Source: Amphiscolops sp. MND2022 (Eukaryota). From it: a stretch of DNA of 64,000 nt. Within the stretch, counting starts at the first letter, position 1, and every line of letters starts with the position of its first letter. The notes below the pieces were generated by a model. That model made no database searches. It worked only from the letters and a program-made list of their open reading frames with translations, and had not been told where the DNA came from. Of this stretch, positions 36,446 through 48,310 are shown one piece after another. Location of the stretch: assembly GCA_964187785.1 (NCBI GenBank), contig OZ076409.1:85128001-85192000 (forward strand). The letters run 5' to 3'. The position numbers were made by a program, and so were the translations under genes.

Positions 36446-38240
36446 GAAACATCGTCACTTCGAATAATTTCCCTTGTTGTACGTCATGTTGTACAGTGAT
36501 AACTTCTGCACTCTCTAGCAGCAGTTCCAATTGCACACTCAATTCTTTTGAAGATTGTTTGCCTAATGAGAATGTTAAGCTTCTATGCTCTTTCCTTGTT
36601 TCCGTCATTGTGTACTTCAAGTTCTGCTCCCTTAGCACTATGGAATGATCACTAATGACCAAGTGAATCTCTTCTTCCACAACGTGTTTGGTATCCACGA
36701 GGAGAGTTTCTGAACGGAAGTCTTGCCGACCATTGTCTACAATGATTGTTTCTGACCAGTTTTGTATGCTTTCCGCTTTGGGGAGCTTCGAGATTCCTTT
36801 GTTTCCAACGTTCACTTCTGGTTGTGATGTTGCTCCTTTCACGTATGCTCCTTTATCAGCTTTTGTTCTATTTCCCCGATCAACTCGCTCATCGGCTTTT
36901 GTGAGAGATTTTGAGTCCCTCATAGGTGCGGAGAACTTTCCTTCGTGAGCTAATTTCACTGCATTCTCTAATTTCGAGTGTGCTGATACTGCAATATTGG
37001 ACTTAGTCCCATTCTCGGCTGTTTCTGTTTTGTCTGTCCATCTTGAGTCTTCTGTGAAACTCTCGACTGATGCAATACTTTGGAAGCTAGTCCCCTGGAT
37101 GCACGTCGCTCCCGCTATTTGTCTTTCTTTTTCAGCTATTCTAGCTTTGCGGGCAAGCTCTTCATGCAAGTCTGCTATTTCTCTTTCAATTGCTTCGCGT
37201 TTCAGTTTCTTCAGTCGAGTTTGTAGTTCTTCTTGCTCCTTCTGAGCTTTTGTTTTCGAATAAAATACTCGTCTAGCACTTGAAGTTTTCGAAATCACTG
37301 AGCTTCTGTTGCTTCTTATTTCAGCCAGTTGTGGATGTTTGCCCAGTTCCTCTATTTGTAATGATTCAAGCTCACTTCTTTGGACTGGGAATTCATCCGA
37401 CTTCTGATCCTCCGCTTTCATCAATGTTTGGAGAACCGAACGCTCTTCATTAGACTCCTTCGAGCTAACTGTTGCTCTGTTGTCCATCTGGATTTGTCGA
37501 TCTGTTTTGTCAGACACCTTAACCTTTTCTTCGGGTAGTGATGTCTCATCGTTGACTGGGTTTTCCATTTCAGATACGCTGTCTCCCTTGACACAGCAAG
37601 GTTCTTGTTCATTGGTCCTTCTTGACCGCGTCAGTGATTCCTTTTCACTAGCAGTTTTCTTTAAACAGCTTTGTTTTGGCTGATGGACACGACTTTGCCT
37701 CAATTTTCTTGTTCGAGGGCATCTCATAGCAGCGTCTGTAGACGTTCTATTTGCCACCTGGCTCTGTTTCAACGCGGTTGTCCCGTCAATTGGACACTTT
37801 AAGATTTGCTTCACATCGGGGAACCAGTATCCCCAACTCAATTCCATTTTCACAAAGCATTCTTCCCATTCAGTCACACTTCGACTTAGCTGTCTTTGCG
37901 TTTCTTCATTTGTAAGACCCAACATAAAGTCTACACAAAACAGTAACGCTTGTCTTCTGTCGCGGTATTCAATTACCCAATCAATCAAGTTGCTTCTGGA
38001 TACAACAGCTTCTTTCTCATCGAGCTTGTCATCCAAGTCTTTTACTAACGTATGGAGCTTTTCCACATGTAGGGGTACAATATTCCAATAGAGGCTCCAC
38101 GCGTACCAATCTGACGCATTCACCAAATCTTTTGGTGTGAGTTCCATCAGTGTTTGACTCTGCTTTGTGTTTCTTTCTTCAAACACTTTTGTCATTCGGG
38201 GGTGCTTCATCATTTGACTTTCCTTCTTTCTGGCATTCAT
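36372..38240 (-). CDS. gag-like ORF (622 aa) of BEL element 2 with a coiled-coil region
   Basis: Long open frame first after the leader; Ser-rich stretch followed by coiled coil (SSVISKTSSARR...QKEQEELQTRLKKLKREAIEREIADL), as in BEL gag N-termini; zinc knuckles not recognised. Confidence 0.6.
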   Translation of the reverse strand: MNARKKESQMMKHPRMTKVFEERNTKQSQTLMELTPKDLVNASDWYAWSLYWNIVPLHVEKLHTLVKDLDDKLDEKEAVVSRSNLIDWVIEYRDRRQALLFCVDFMLGLTNEETQRQLSRSVTEWEECFVKMELSWGYWFPDVKQILKCPIDGTTALKQSQVANRTSTDAAMRCPRTRKLRQSRVHQPKQSCLKKTASEKESLTRSRRTNEQEPCCVKGDSVSEMENPVNDETSLPEEKVKVSDKTDRQIQMDNRATVSSKESNEERSVLQTLMKAEDQKSDEFPVQRSELESLQIEELGKHPQLAEIRSNRSSVISKTSSARRVFYSKTKAQKEQEELQTRLKKLKREAIEREIADLHEELARKARIAEKERQIAGATCIQGTSFQSIASVESFTEDSRWTDKTETAENGTKSNIAVSAHSKLENAVKLAHEGKFSAPMRDSKSLTKADERVDRGNRTKADKGAYVKGATSQPEVNVGNKGISKLPKAESIQNWSETIIVDNGRQDFRSETLLVDTKHVVEEEIHLVISDHSIVLREQNLKYTMTETRKEHRSLTFSLGKQSSKELSVQLELLLESAEVITVQHDVQQGKLFEVTMFHDSTLLLEEGNKKCFDFVKSWICE

Positions 38241-38606
38241 TTGTTCAGATGACTCTTTTGTTTCACTGGGTGCTTTCGATCTTCACAATTTTTTCTTGTA
38301 CTCTTTGTCACTTTTCCCAACTCTGCAATTTCTCAGATACAAAGTGTCAACTGCTCAATCCGGTAATCAATCGCCAATTCTTGAAGAATCAACCCAATAC
38401 TGTCGATTATACTTGCCTTCTTTGACGACCTTGATTGTTTCGGTGGATCTTGTCTCTCTGACTTGATCCCTTGGCTTTACTTGGTGGATTTACTTGCAAT
38501 GACGTCTTAGACCAGATCTTTGCTTCAATCAGGAATACGTTCCCAAAGAATACAATTCGTCTCAAAACTAGAATTGATGCACAAATACCTCCAGAGTGCT
38601 GCTAAA

Positions 38607-38774
38607 GCCCAACTCCCAGAGTACACAATAGCCCAATCTCCCAGAGACACAATAGCCCAATCTCCCAGAGACACAATAGCCCAATCTCCCAGAGACACAA
38701 TAGCCCAATCTCCCAGAGACACTGTAGCCCAATCTCCCAGAGACACAGTAGCCCAATCTCCCAGAGACACAAAG
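38607..38774. repeat. 24-bp tandem array, 7 units (GCCCAATCTCCCAGAGACACAATA), in the BEL-2 leader
   Basis: Directly visible; the first unit is a variant. Confidence 0.97.
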
Positions 38775-38852
38775 TCAGAGACTCCAAGAATCAGACACTT
38801 GTTCTTTCTGGGCAATTTTCTCTGTTGTACACCAACGAGTCGTCTTCTTCTA

Positions 38853-38991
38853 GTCCGGGTCGTCCACCAACGAGTTGTCCGGGTCGTCCACCAACGAGTT
38901 GTCCGGGTCGTCCACCAACGAGTTGTCCGGGTCGTCCACCAACGAGTTGTCCGGGTCGGCGGACCAACGAGTTGTCCGGGTCGGCGGACCA
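38853..38991 (-). repeat. Tandem array of 6 PBS-like units (24-25 bp) abutting the 5' LTR
   Basis: Minus strand: 2x TGGTCCGCCGACCCGGACAACTCGT, then 4x TGGTGGACGACCCGGAC(AACTCGT); the first TGG starts 2 nt after the LTR end. Confidence 0.9.
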
Positions 38992-38993
38992 AA

Positions 38994-39913
38994 TGTAACG
39001 GCTGCTTGCCTTTATCCTGCGCTGAGGCTTGACAAGCTTTACGCCGCCCTGATCCGTTGCTTAGTGCTGTGGACCGTCACTAAACAATTCCTGGTTTCTT
39101 ATTTTAAAGGACTGTATCTTTTGACTGGTGGGTCCGATGTGACCCGTGGAATCTCCTGCGATTCCTCTGTTCACTGAATTGGATCCGATGTGATCCTGCA
39201 CACACTTCCCTCACTGTATCTTCACGCGCTCCGGCTCTCCAACTATGAGAGTAGCTACTTAGTCGCTCTAACTCTAGCGAAAAGTTGTGAAGATTGAGAA
39301 GTTGATTATTAAGTCTTGCGGTCCTGAGACCCAACTTGACTATAGCTATTCAGTGGAGAAAATCTCTCTCTAATAATAGTATACATATCGTTTACAATTC
39401 TACAGTAAATATAAGCAAATATCAGTTAAAATATGTTGTATAAATAAATGACATTTAAGTGAATTATTAAAGTTATTGGCTATGTAAACAAAGCACATGG
39501 TGGTTTTGGCATGTTGGTTAGGTGGGTTAGAAAGTATGTTTACACTATGTAAACATTATCAATTCAACAGAGTTACATTCTAATGTGGTCATATAGGTAA
39601 ATAACAAAGTTTACATTTTTGGTTCAATGACCTTGAATACTACACATGTGAGGGGTAAAGGGGGTTATAATGGGGGAATGAACTTGAAACTTAGCCGGTG
39701 TGTTCGTGTTAGGTATCTGCGTATGCGTGCCAAGTTTCAAGTCTCTACGGTTATTAGTTGCAGAGAAAACCCTGACTGGGGGGGGGGTTTCGATTTTGTG
39801 ACGATTGACTTCTCTTCAAATTTTCATCTAAGTTTTTAGGAGTTTAAGTTCTCGTATCTCAACCAACATGTTCTGAATCGAGTTTCTCTGCCTTCTGATG
39901 ACTGGCGCCAACA
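38994..39913 (-). repeat. 5' LTR of BEL element 2 (920 bp)
   Basis: Direct repeat of 34092-35010. Confidence 0.97.
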
Positions 39914-40531
39914 AGATGATAAGATTTCTAGCCAAGATGCCAAAAAACAATAAAAACAACTTTGTTCCTGAAAAACTGTCTTTATACTACAGGTAAATTT
40001 TTCTGGTCTCAAGCGATTTGTTTTTATTTTTGTTCGAATATCCCGCACGTTCGAACATAAGTTCGTAAAGAATTTCCCGCACGAGAGCTTTCGCGGATTT
40101 TGGTTCTTCGTTTCCAATCAATTACGATGGAATCGTTTTTGAATTTGAAAAATTAATGATTTTGACGAGGCTGCAGATTTGATATGAAAACGGTCAGACC
40201 ACAAATTGACAGAACCGACGGAATAACAGAATAACACACCGCGAGAAGCAACAAGACGAGAACGTCAACATCCATCCAGTAGCAAAATATCAACAAAATT
40301 GAAGGGGGCCTTTGGAGACCCTAAAAAATTTCAAAAAAAGTCTCACAAAGCCGAAAAAGGGCGGGGAAAGTCTCATAGTGCCAAAAAAATTGGAAAGGGG
40401 GTTTTGTATTTCAAGTTAAAGACTTTTGGATGTGTTCAAAATGAAGTACTGAGTATTTTTTGGTATAAGTGCATAATGCACAAAAAGTGGTACATACAGG
40501 GTGAGCTATTTGGTCTGACGAAAAAAAAGCA

Positions 40532-41711
40532 AACAAGACGGGAACATCTAAAGTCGGCGCTATATCTAAGGCTCAAAAAGCGCAAAAGACTTTTTTTGAA
40601 AATAACTTGAAATTTTTGATTTTTTTCTTTCAGAAAATGTCGCATAGTGCCGAAAAATGTAAAAGGGGAGACGCTTTGGGCTTTATTAATATATATTCTG
40701 TTGCAAAATATCAAAAAACTCGAAAGGGGGACTCTTTTGAGACATTATAAAATTTTCAAAAAAAGTCGCACAATGCCGATAAAAATCGAAAGGGGGGACC
40801 CTTTAGTCTCGTCCGATTTTGTAGGTTACGTTAAAAAAGTAAAAAACGAAAGGGGGGACCCTTTTGCACTAATTTCCGCTGACCGGACTTGGCCTTATGG
40901 TAGTAGTTTTAGTAGTATCGATTGTCAGAAAAGTGGCCCAATCAGAGTGAGATTGTAGTCTGACAAAAAAAGAAAAAACAAGACGGGAACGTCTAAAGTC
41001 GGCGCTATATCTAAGGCTCAAAAAGCTCAGAGTTTTCTAAATATGCCCAGGATGTATTCATGAAAAGCTTTGAAAACACTTTCGAGACACCCAAAGTGTG
41101 CCTTTCATGCTCGATATGACTGGAAAATCACTTTTCCCGACTGGAAACAAAAAAATTTTGGAAATTTTTTTGAAAAATTTTATTGAAAATTTTTTATTGA
41201 AAAAAACTTCGAAAACGTCGCATAGTGCCGAAAAATGAAAAGGGGGGACCCTTTGGGATTCATTAACATACTTTTTGTTGCAAAATATCAAAAAATCCGA
41301 AGGGGGGACTCTTTTGAAAAATTAAAAATTTTCGAAAAAAAATTCGCACAGTGCCGAAAAAAATTGAAAGGGGGGGGACCCTTTGGAGTCTTCCGGTTTT
41401 GTAGGTTACGTAAAAAAGGTAAAAAACGAAAGGGGGGACCCTTTGCAGTAAGTTTGCATTGGTCGAACTGGCCTGAGTGAACTTATCAGTTTCTGTAAAA
41501 AGTGGTACATACGCGATGAGCTCTGTGGTCTGACGAAAAAAAAAGAAAAAAAAACTAGCCACTGTAATAGTCGGGTTTTTTTCCTTAAAGGAAAATGCGC
41601 CGACTAAAAATAGCCACTGTAATAGTCGGGCTCTTTTCACTAGAAATGCGCGGACTAAAAACTAGCCACTGTAATTGTCGGGCTTTTTTCCTTAAAACGC
41701 GCCGCTAAAAA
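40532..41711 (-). mobile_element. Chain of nested HINE-like copies with three stacked terminal modules
   Basis: ACAAGACGGGAAC..AAGTCGGCGCTATATC ends at ~40533 and ~40978, each after a TCTGAC-A-tract; three tandem TAGCCACTGTAAT...C(C/G)G(A)CTAAAAA modules at ~41555-41711. Confidence 0.75.
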
Positions 41712-43664
41712 TAGTATCTTGTCCTCAAAAAGTGATAGTTACAACATCACACCGAAGAAAATCCGTTTAATGTCAGCGAAAACCGAAGACAGTTTCGAAA
41801 CAGTTCTTTTCCTGGTGTGAAACCGTTAAACCAAACAAAGATAGAACCGGTCAGTTTCAGGTCCTCATTTTCCATATCAAAATTTAGTTTCCCAAAAAAG
41901 TGACTTTGCCAGAGAAACATGAGTGACAAGAATCAGTATCAAAAACCTTTACAAAAAAGCAGCTAATACGTATAGCAAACCTACTTTAAGACAACGAAGG
42001 TTTTCAAACCTTCCTTAAAAGACAACGAAGGATTTCAAAACTTCCTTAAAACAGTTCCAGATATACACGAGATCTTCATATTGATCATGATCAAGAAAGA
42101 CCATAATCAGCTTTCGTATACATGGAACGAGGTAATTCAAAAACATAACACCTAAGATCTAACTCCAAAAATGACAAAGATCCAACGCCCCTAAGATCTA
42201 AATATTTTGGCTTACGCCTGGAATATGATAGTTCCATATAATGAAAATTATATTGAAAATTATATCAGAAAACAAACCAAAAGACGTTATTTCTGCTCAC
42301 CATCTAAGGCTAAAAATCATATTTCAGAGACTTTGGATCTTCTTTCAGTTATTTCAGGTTTTGTTCTTTTCCCACTATTTTCGTACATCAACGTCGGTCC
42401 GCTCGATGAAAAAAATTTCTTGAGAATTTAAAAACAACTGCATTTTTAGTTCATTTTGCCATAATTTACAGAGATTTTCGTGCATGTGAGAAAAGCTGAA
42501 CCTAGTACATTTTTCATATTTGCAAATTAATTCGAATTCTTCACCACTTGAATTTCTGTTAAGAATCTTGGCAAGAAGTTCGTTGAGAATTCGAATTTCA
42601 ACATTTTTTCACAGTTCAATATTAATCAAGATCTTATCAACAAGGAATTGAGAAGGTAACTGGAATTTGCCGGAAAGTCCAAGATCTTGGCAAGAGTCTC
42701 AAGATATTTTACACTTGTATACTTCAGATAGTACTTCAGCTCGATTATTTGTCATTTAATATGGGGGGGGGGATTACTGCACTGGTTACTCGATTAAACC
42801 TGGGGAGATACTTAACAAGGCTCAAACTATGATAAGAAAGGCTAGGTTCAAATTTTTTAAACTGAATTCCTGCAATGAACATCGGTAGCAATTGCGTTTC
42901 AGACCTTCATTCAACTCAGAACGCAGAACGTTTTAAAAATTCCTTCATTTTTTGATGTCTGTAAAATATTATTTCACGGTTCTGATCTTCAAAGCTAGTC
43001 ATTCAAATAGCTGGGCAATTGCATAATTGGAAGCGTACAGGCTGAGCTTTGCATGTAAACCATAGAACCAAGTAAAAGCAGGTTGTATCAATTTTCAACT
43101 GGCCATCATGTACCATACTTGAACAACCAACGCAATTTTCAATTGAAAGTTACGGGAATGGAATGGGTGGATTTGGACTAGCATTGCTAAAATGTCAGAG
43201 AAACAGCAATTAAATGCTTTTTAACCACCCCGTGCTGAGAAACGGGGCTTCCTTTTGTATCAGCGGAAATACGGCAAGACAGTTTCTTTGTTTCCACGTT
43301 TCTTCATTTTATCGCAGAGAAAATTTGAAGATTATCAATAGGAAGCAAATTTCAGGGTATGTCAGAAAAAATACACTCACTTCATCTAAAGATAATTGCC
43401 CCCTGAAATCTATTTCCTCCGTAATTTCGCCAATTCACAATTTATCGTCTTTCAATCTTGCAAGTTTTTTGAACCACAAGATACCCATTAAAAAACAACC
43501 CATCATTTTGAGCCAGCGGTTTTTTATTTTTCCCCCAGTTGATTGCCTCCCTCGACAATTTTTCCATGATTCAATGATTATTTCGACGTTTTAGTGTTTT
43601 CATTAGCATTTTTGCCTTTTCAAAAATTTATGGGTTTTCTTAATGAACAAGGTCTTAAAAACTG

Positions 43665-43898
43665 TTCCCTAGTCGAAAATTTGGTAACTTTTCACATGCA
43701 GAAGGCCTGCATGCAAGGTAATTTTTTATTAGAACCTAAACAATTCAGTAAGCTTCCTGTAGTAAATTTCACTTCTGAATTACATTTCACTTCCCACTGT
43801 GGAATTGAAAATGAAAATATTCCCTAATTCATTAACGACACGATCAGTTTGTTTTCTCGACTACTCGTCTGATGTGATCACCGCTTCTCAAATAGGTT
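43665..43898. repeat. Old interspersed repeat, inverted relative to 52392-52630 (partial third copy ~27145-27241)
   Basis: CGACTACTCGTCTGATGTGATCACCGCTTCTCAAATAGG is the near reverse complement of CCTATTTGAGACGCGGTGATCACATCAGATGAGTAGTTG; shared GCCTGCATGCA block. Confidence 0.7.
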
Positions 43899-46800
43899 AA
43901 GTTATTTGCTCTTAGGATTATCGAAAAACGCAATTTCAATGATACATTGGCGAGTTTTCTATCCTTCTGCAAAATTAAACAAAAAACCAATCACAATGCA
44001 TCTGCGTTACTTGTTTATTAAGTAACTTTTTTTGTTTTGAAACTTTCCGCTTAATAGATGAGTGTCAGTATAAATCACCAACTCAATTTTCATTTCAACA
44101 CAATCTACTTGCCTAATTTGCCAAAAATCCTAAGGTTTTGATCTGACCTCCCCTAAATGGACATTTTCATCCGAATATATATTTTTTGTTGGCGTTGAAA
44201 TCTTTCAGTAATTTATCCAAAACACAGTGAATTGTTTTCTTTATGCATCAGAGAAAAACTACTTTCAGCTACTTAGAAAAAATCAAAGAAGGATTTGTTT
44301 GTTCATTTGTATCTTATTACAGAATTTAAAAAGCAAACACAAATAAAAGGGACGAAGGATGAACTGTCCAGCTTTTCTAATATTTTCGCCCTCGAAAACC
44401 AACATAAGAATAAAGTCGAGTAACATGGCCCTACTTTTCAGAAATACTGAAAAGCCGCCATTGGATCGACGGAGCCACCATTAAGCGAGAAATCTTTTTC
44501 ACTTTACAGCGTTGTTCCGCCGCATCTGAAGTTAAAACAGAAGTCAAAAGCTACAGTCCAAAACAGTGGAAATTTTTCCCTCTAGCTTCTTTTCTTCTAT
44601 GAATTTTTGATAACAAGTCATATAAAAATAGATTTGTTATATAAAATGGCTGATAAAAGTGGGAAAATATACCTGCACAGATAAAAATAACAAATTATAT
44701 TTCGCAATCTCTAAAATGAAGACTGCAATGTAACGTCAACCAGTCTGGTGACAAAACTTTGATCAATTTTCTGAAGATTTCCTACCACGAACGCATGAGT
44801 TTGTCTGCGAGTTCTTGCAGTTTCGCAGGTACCCAAAATTAGCACAGACGTCGAAAAAGACAACCTACCCCTGAAGTTCTCAAAGCAAACAATTCATGTG
44901 AAAACTAGAGAAAAGCAGATACTCCCAAGGATTTCTCGTTTGACCCTCTTTTCAGAGAGATACTTACTACAAGGTAGTCACTTATTCCAACAGTCTTGCG
45001 GAGATGGACGAAATTCAAGATTACAAAATTTTGATCAAGAGTTCATAAAAGCACTTCCCTGATTAGTTTCATTTCTTTTTCAGAACTTCAAACCTTGCTT
45101 CAGCGTAGTTAAGATCCAAAACCTAAGTTTTTAACGCAATTGTCATTTTGTATTATATTCTTTTTTCATTGCGAGAATACAGTTCTTGCCAAAATTTTTT
45201 CCCACCTATCTTCTTTTCGTTTTTTTTTTTGCGCTTGAATCGTACATCTTGGTCTTGCTGAGATTAAGACTTCCTCGAGAAGAACTGAAGAAGACGGAAG
45301 AACTGGAAAATACATTTGAAGTTGCGTGTGATTTTGTAGTTTTAAAAATTCATGTGAATGGGGAATCTGCCAAATCATCCTTGTCCTACCAACTGATCTA
45401 ATATTTTTCCGCTAAATCATTTTGTGAGACCGCACAGGTTGATAGAAACATATAACAGGACGCCCGGTGAGCAGCGAGATATTTTCCGACCCAAACTGTT
45501 CTACGACGACATTTCTCTCGGCCCAGCGACAAGCACGAAAATATTTTTTTTGAGAAATTTCGAGATCAATTGAAAAACCATGCCAGGACCTCAAAAAGTT
45601 GTTTTTATTAACCGCAAAAAACGTGGGTCAACTGAAACAGCTCAGACCGGTGAAACGACTAAAGAGCAGAACCATACAAAATGGTCGATAATTACAAAAA
45701 AAAACGAAATACCCAAAATCATATTTCTATGTTTTCCGATTTCCATTTTTGTTAATTACGTAGTGCCAACAGAAACAATCAACACTGCTAATCCAAGTGA
45801 AAAGAAGATCGATAGATTAGGTAAAAGTTTCAAAAAACATTCTTCGAAAGACCATATACGGGCCTCGGAAACTTAGATATAACGTAGCTTATTGTTACGT
45901 CAAAAATATTACTGGTCACCATGTTAAATCACTAGAATAAAATCTAAAATTGCCGGATTGACGGCTGAAATTGCCTGGAATACAGAATAACAGGAAAACT
46001 GCGTATTTATAAAAATCTAAAATCACTGCGTGTAAAACAAATTTTCACCACAAAATTTTACATGTCGTTCTATTTTGTTGAACAAACTGTCGGGGAATCG
46101 AGATAATTGGAAAAACTATGTCCGGACTCAGAAAACTCCCATTTCCTGAAAGTTCGGATGGCTGAAATAAAAACCGGCCACAGAAATTTAAAAATAACTG
46201 AATCAGGAGTTCATCCGATGTTCCAAAATTGAGAAATTCGCTTTCCGGCAAAGTCAGTCAACTTGAACTAATTTTTTTTCAAAAATACCATCGATGGCCA
46301 AGGTAGACCATCCGTCGATGGAATCCAAATTAGCACCCGTTAAGTTACGTCATTATTACTGCATGCTCCCACAGTTCTCGATACTTTCATTTTATAGTGA
46401 GTTGATGGTCAGTGCTCATAAATGAAAACATAACAACTAGTAAGAAAAAATCTCCTTTGTGGAACGACAATTTTCCATATGAAATCCTGTTGATTAAGCT
46501 TCACATGGTTACCCGGGTTGACCCTCTTACTAGCATCTTGGCTGTCTTGGCAAGATCTTGCCAAATCCTTACTACATCTCGGCAGCCATGGATCCCATGG
46601 CAAGATTCTTTCTAAGATCCTACCAAGATGTATCATCATTCCAAGATCGAATCTTACTAAGATCGAAAAAAAAAGATTTCAAAATTTCGATCAAGGGTGC
46701 TGAAAATAGCTACATTCGTATAATAATTCTTTTGCCGGGTCTTTACGCGATTTCTCAGCCTGGACCTTGATTTCCTAAGAAGATTCAAATTCTCTGATTC

Positions 46801-47660
46801 CAAACCTTATTCCAGTGGTTTTAGATCTTACAACGGTGAAATGAGAACCGACCTACAATATTTTTTTGGAAATATTCAGGGGTTTTCGGGGTGAAATGGG
46901 CTTAAACATCGACATTTCGGGGGACTTTTAGATCTAATTCCAGAGATCTGAGTAGTTATCCCAAAGATCAGCGGTTTCAGATCCTAATTCACTGAAATGA
47001 GATTCGGCGTACACTGTTTTTGGTCCATTCAGGGGTTTTCTATATGAAACTGGAGAGAATGTCATTTTGGGGAACTTTAGATCTTGTTCCATGTATATTC
47101 CAGGCAATATACATGGAATAAGATCTAAAATTCCCATAAATGACATTCGATGGATTCGGTTCTCAATTCAGTGGTGTTAGATCTTATTCCTGTGATTTTA
47201 GTCCTTATTCCAGTGGCTTTAGATCTTATTACTGTGAAATGAAAACCGACGTACAAGGTTTTTTCAGGGTAAAATTGGAGAAAATATCGTACGTCTGGGT
47301 GATTTTAGATCATATTCCTTTCAGATCGAAAAAAGAACTATGATGAGTTATGATTATATTTCAGAAAAGTTGGAAAAAAAGATTTGGTGACAAGCAGTCG
47401 AAGCTTGTTTCAAATTTGGTGGATATTGAATGCCCAGATTGCAATAACTCTCGAAAAAAATTGAAATTGTAAGTTTACTAAAAATTTCGCTGGTTTGGAA
47501 TTTGTGAAAACGTCATTGACTAAAGCAGGACGTATCAGAGACGCTGTTATTCTATCAGAGTTATTCACTAGGCTGAACGATCATTCTTTAACATGGTTGT
47601 AAAAATCATCCAGTAATTTTGTTTTGAATGATGTCTAGAATATTTTTGCATAACTTTTAA

Positions 47661-48310
47661 TTTTTAGTCGGCGCTTCATGAAGTGAAATGCGACTATTAT
47701 GGTGACTCTTTTTTTCTATCCACACGAACTGACCAAAATAGTTCTTAAAAGTTCTACAAAATATTATGGTGTCAAATTGCACCATTTGGCCTAGGGAACG
47801 GGACCAAAATGGTTTTACCTGTTTTTCCGCGTAACATACCATACCGGGCGAGACCAAAGAGTCCCCCCTTTCAATTTTTTTCGGCACTGCGAGACATTTT
47901 TTTTCGAATTTTTTTTCGGAATTTTTTTCCTCAAAGGCCCCCCCTGCATTTTTTTGAAGTTTTGCGACAGAATGGATGTTGGAAAATCCCAAAGGGTTCC
48001 TCCTCTCAGTTTTCTTTCTTGCATTGTGAGATTTTTCCCGAAAATAAAAACATTTTTTTCTTCAATTTTTTCATGTTTTGCGACAGAATGGATGTTGAAA
48101 AACCTCAAATGGTCCCCCTTTCAGTTTTTTGGCATTGTGAGACGTTAGCGCGCCACTCGATCCATTTTTTTAGTATGTAATTTTTTCAAAAAAAAATTCG
48201 AAAAATTTTCGATTTTCCACTACTGTAAAAGAATACTTGACACTTGGAAGTCTTTTTGCTATTTTTGAGCCTTGGATATGGCGCCGACTTGGGCCGGTCC
48301 CGGCTTGTTT
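47661..48310 (+). mobile_element. Non-autonomous Helentron (HINE-like) copy, complete ends
   Basis: TTTTTAGTCGGCGCTTCATGAAGTGAAATGCGACTA ... GGCGCCGACTTGGGCCGGTCCCGGCTTGTTT. Confidence 0.75.

Larger units (their letters stand above)
34092..39913 (-). mobile_element. BEL/Pao-derived LTR element 2, young, apparently non-autonomous
   Basis: LTRs 34092-35010 and 38994-39913 are almost identical (two substitutions and one G/T-run difference seen); TSD AGATG at 34087-34091 and 39914-39918; PPT-like GGGAGAAAAACAGGGCCGGCAA; C-terminal KRPVVKLAP tail typical of BEL pol. Confidence 0.93.
31842..40538. repeat. Tandem duplication unit, copy B, interrupted by BEL element 2
   Basis: 31842-34091 and 39919-40538 are collinear with copy A. 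Confidence 0.95.

Noticed and set aside
38607..38991. CRISPR array
   Set aside because: Units are contiguous with no unique spacers, there are no cas genes, and the arrays lie inside a eukaryotic LTR element.
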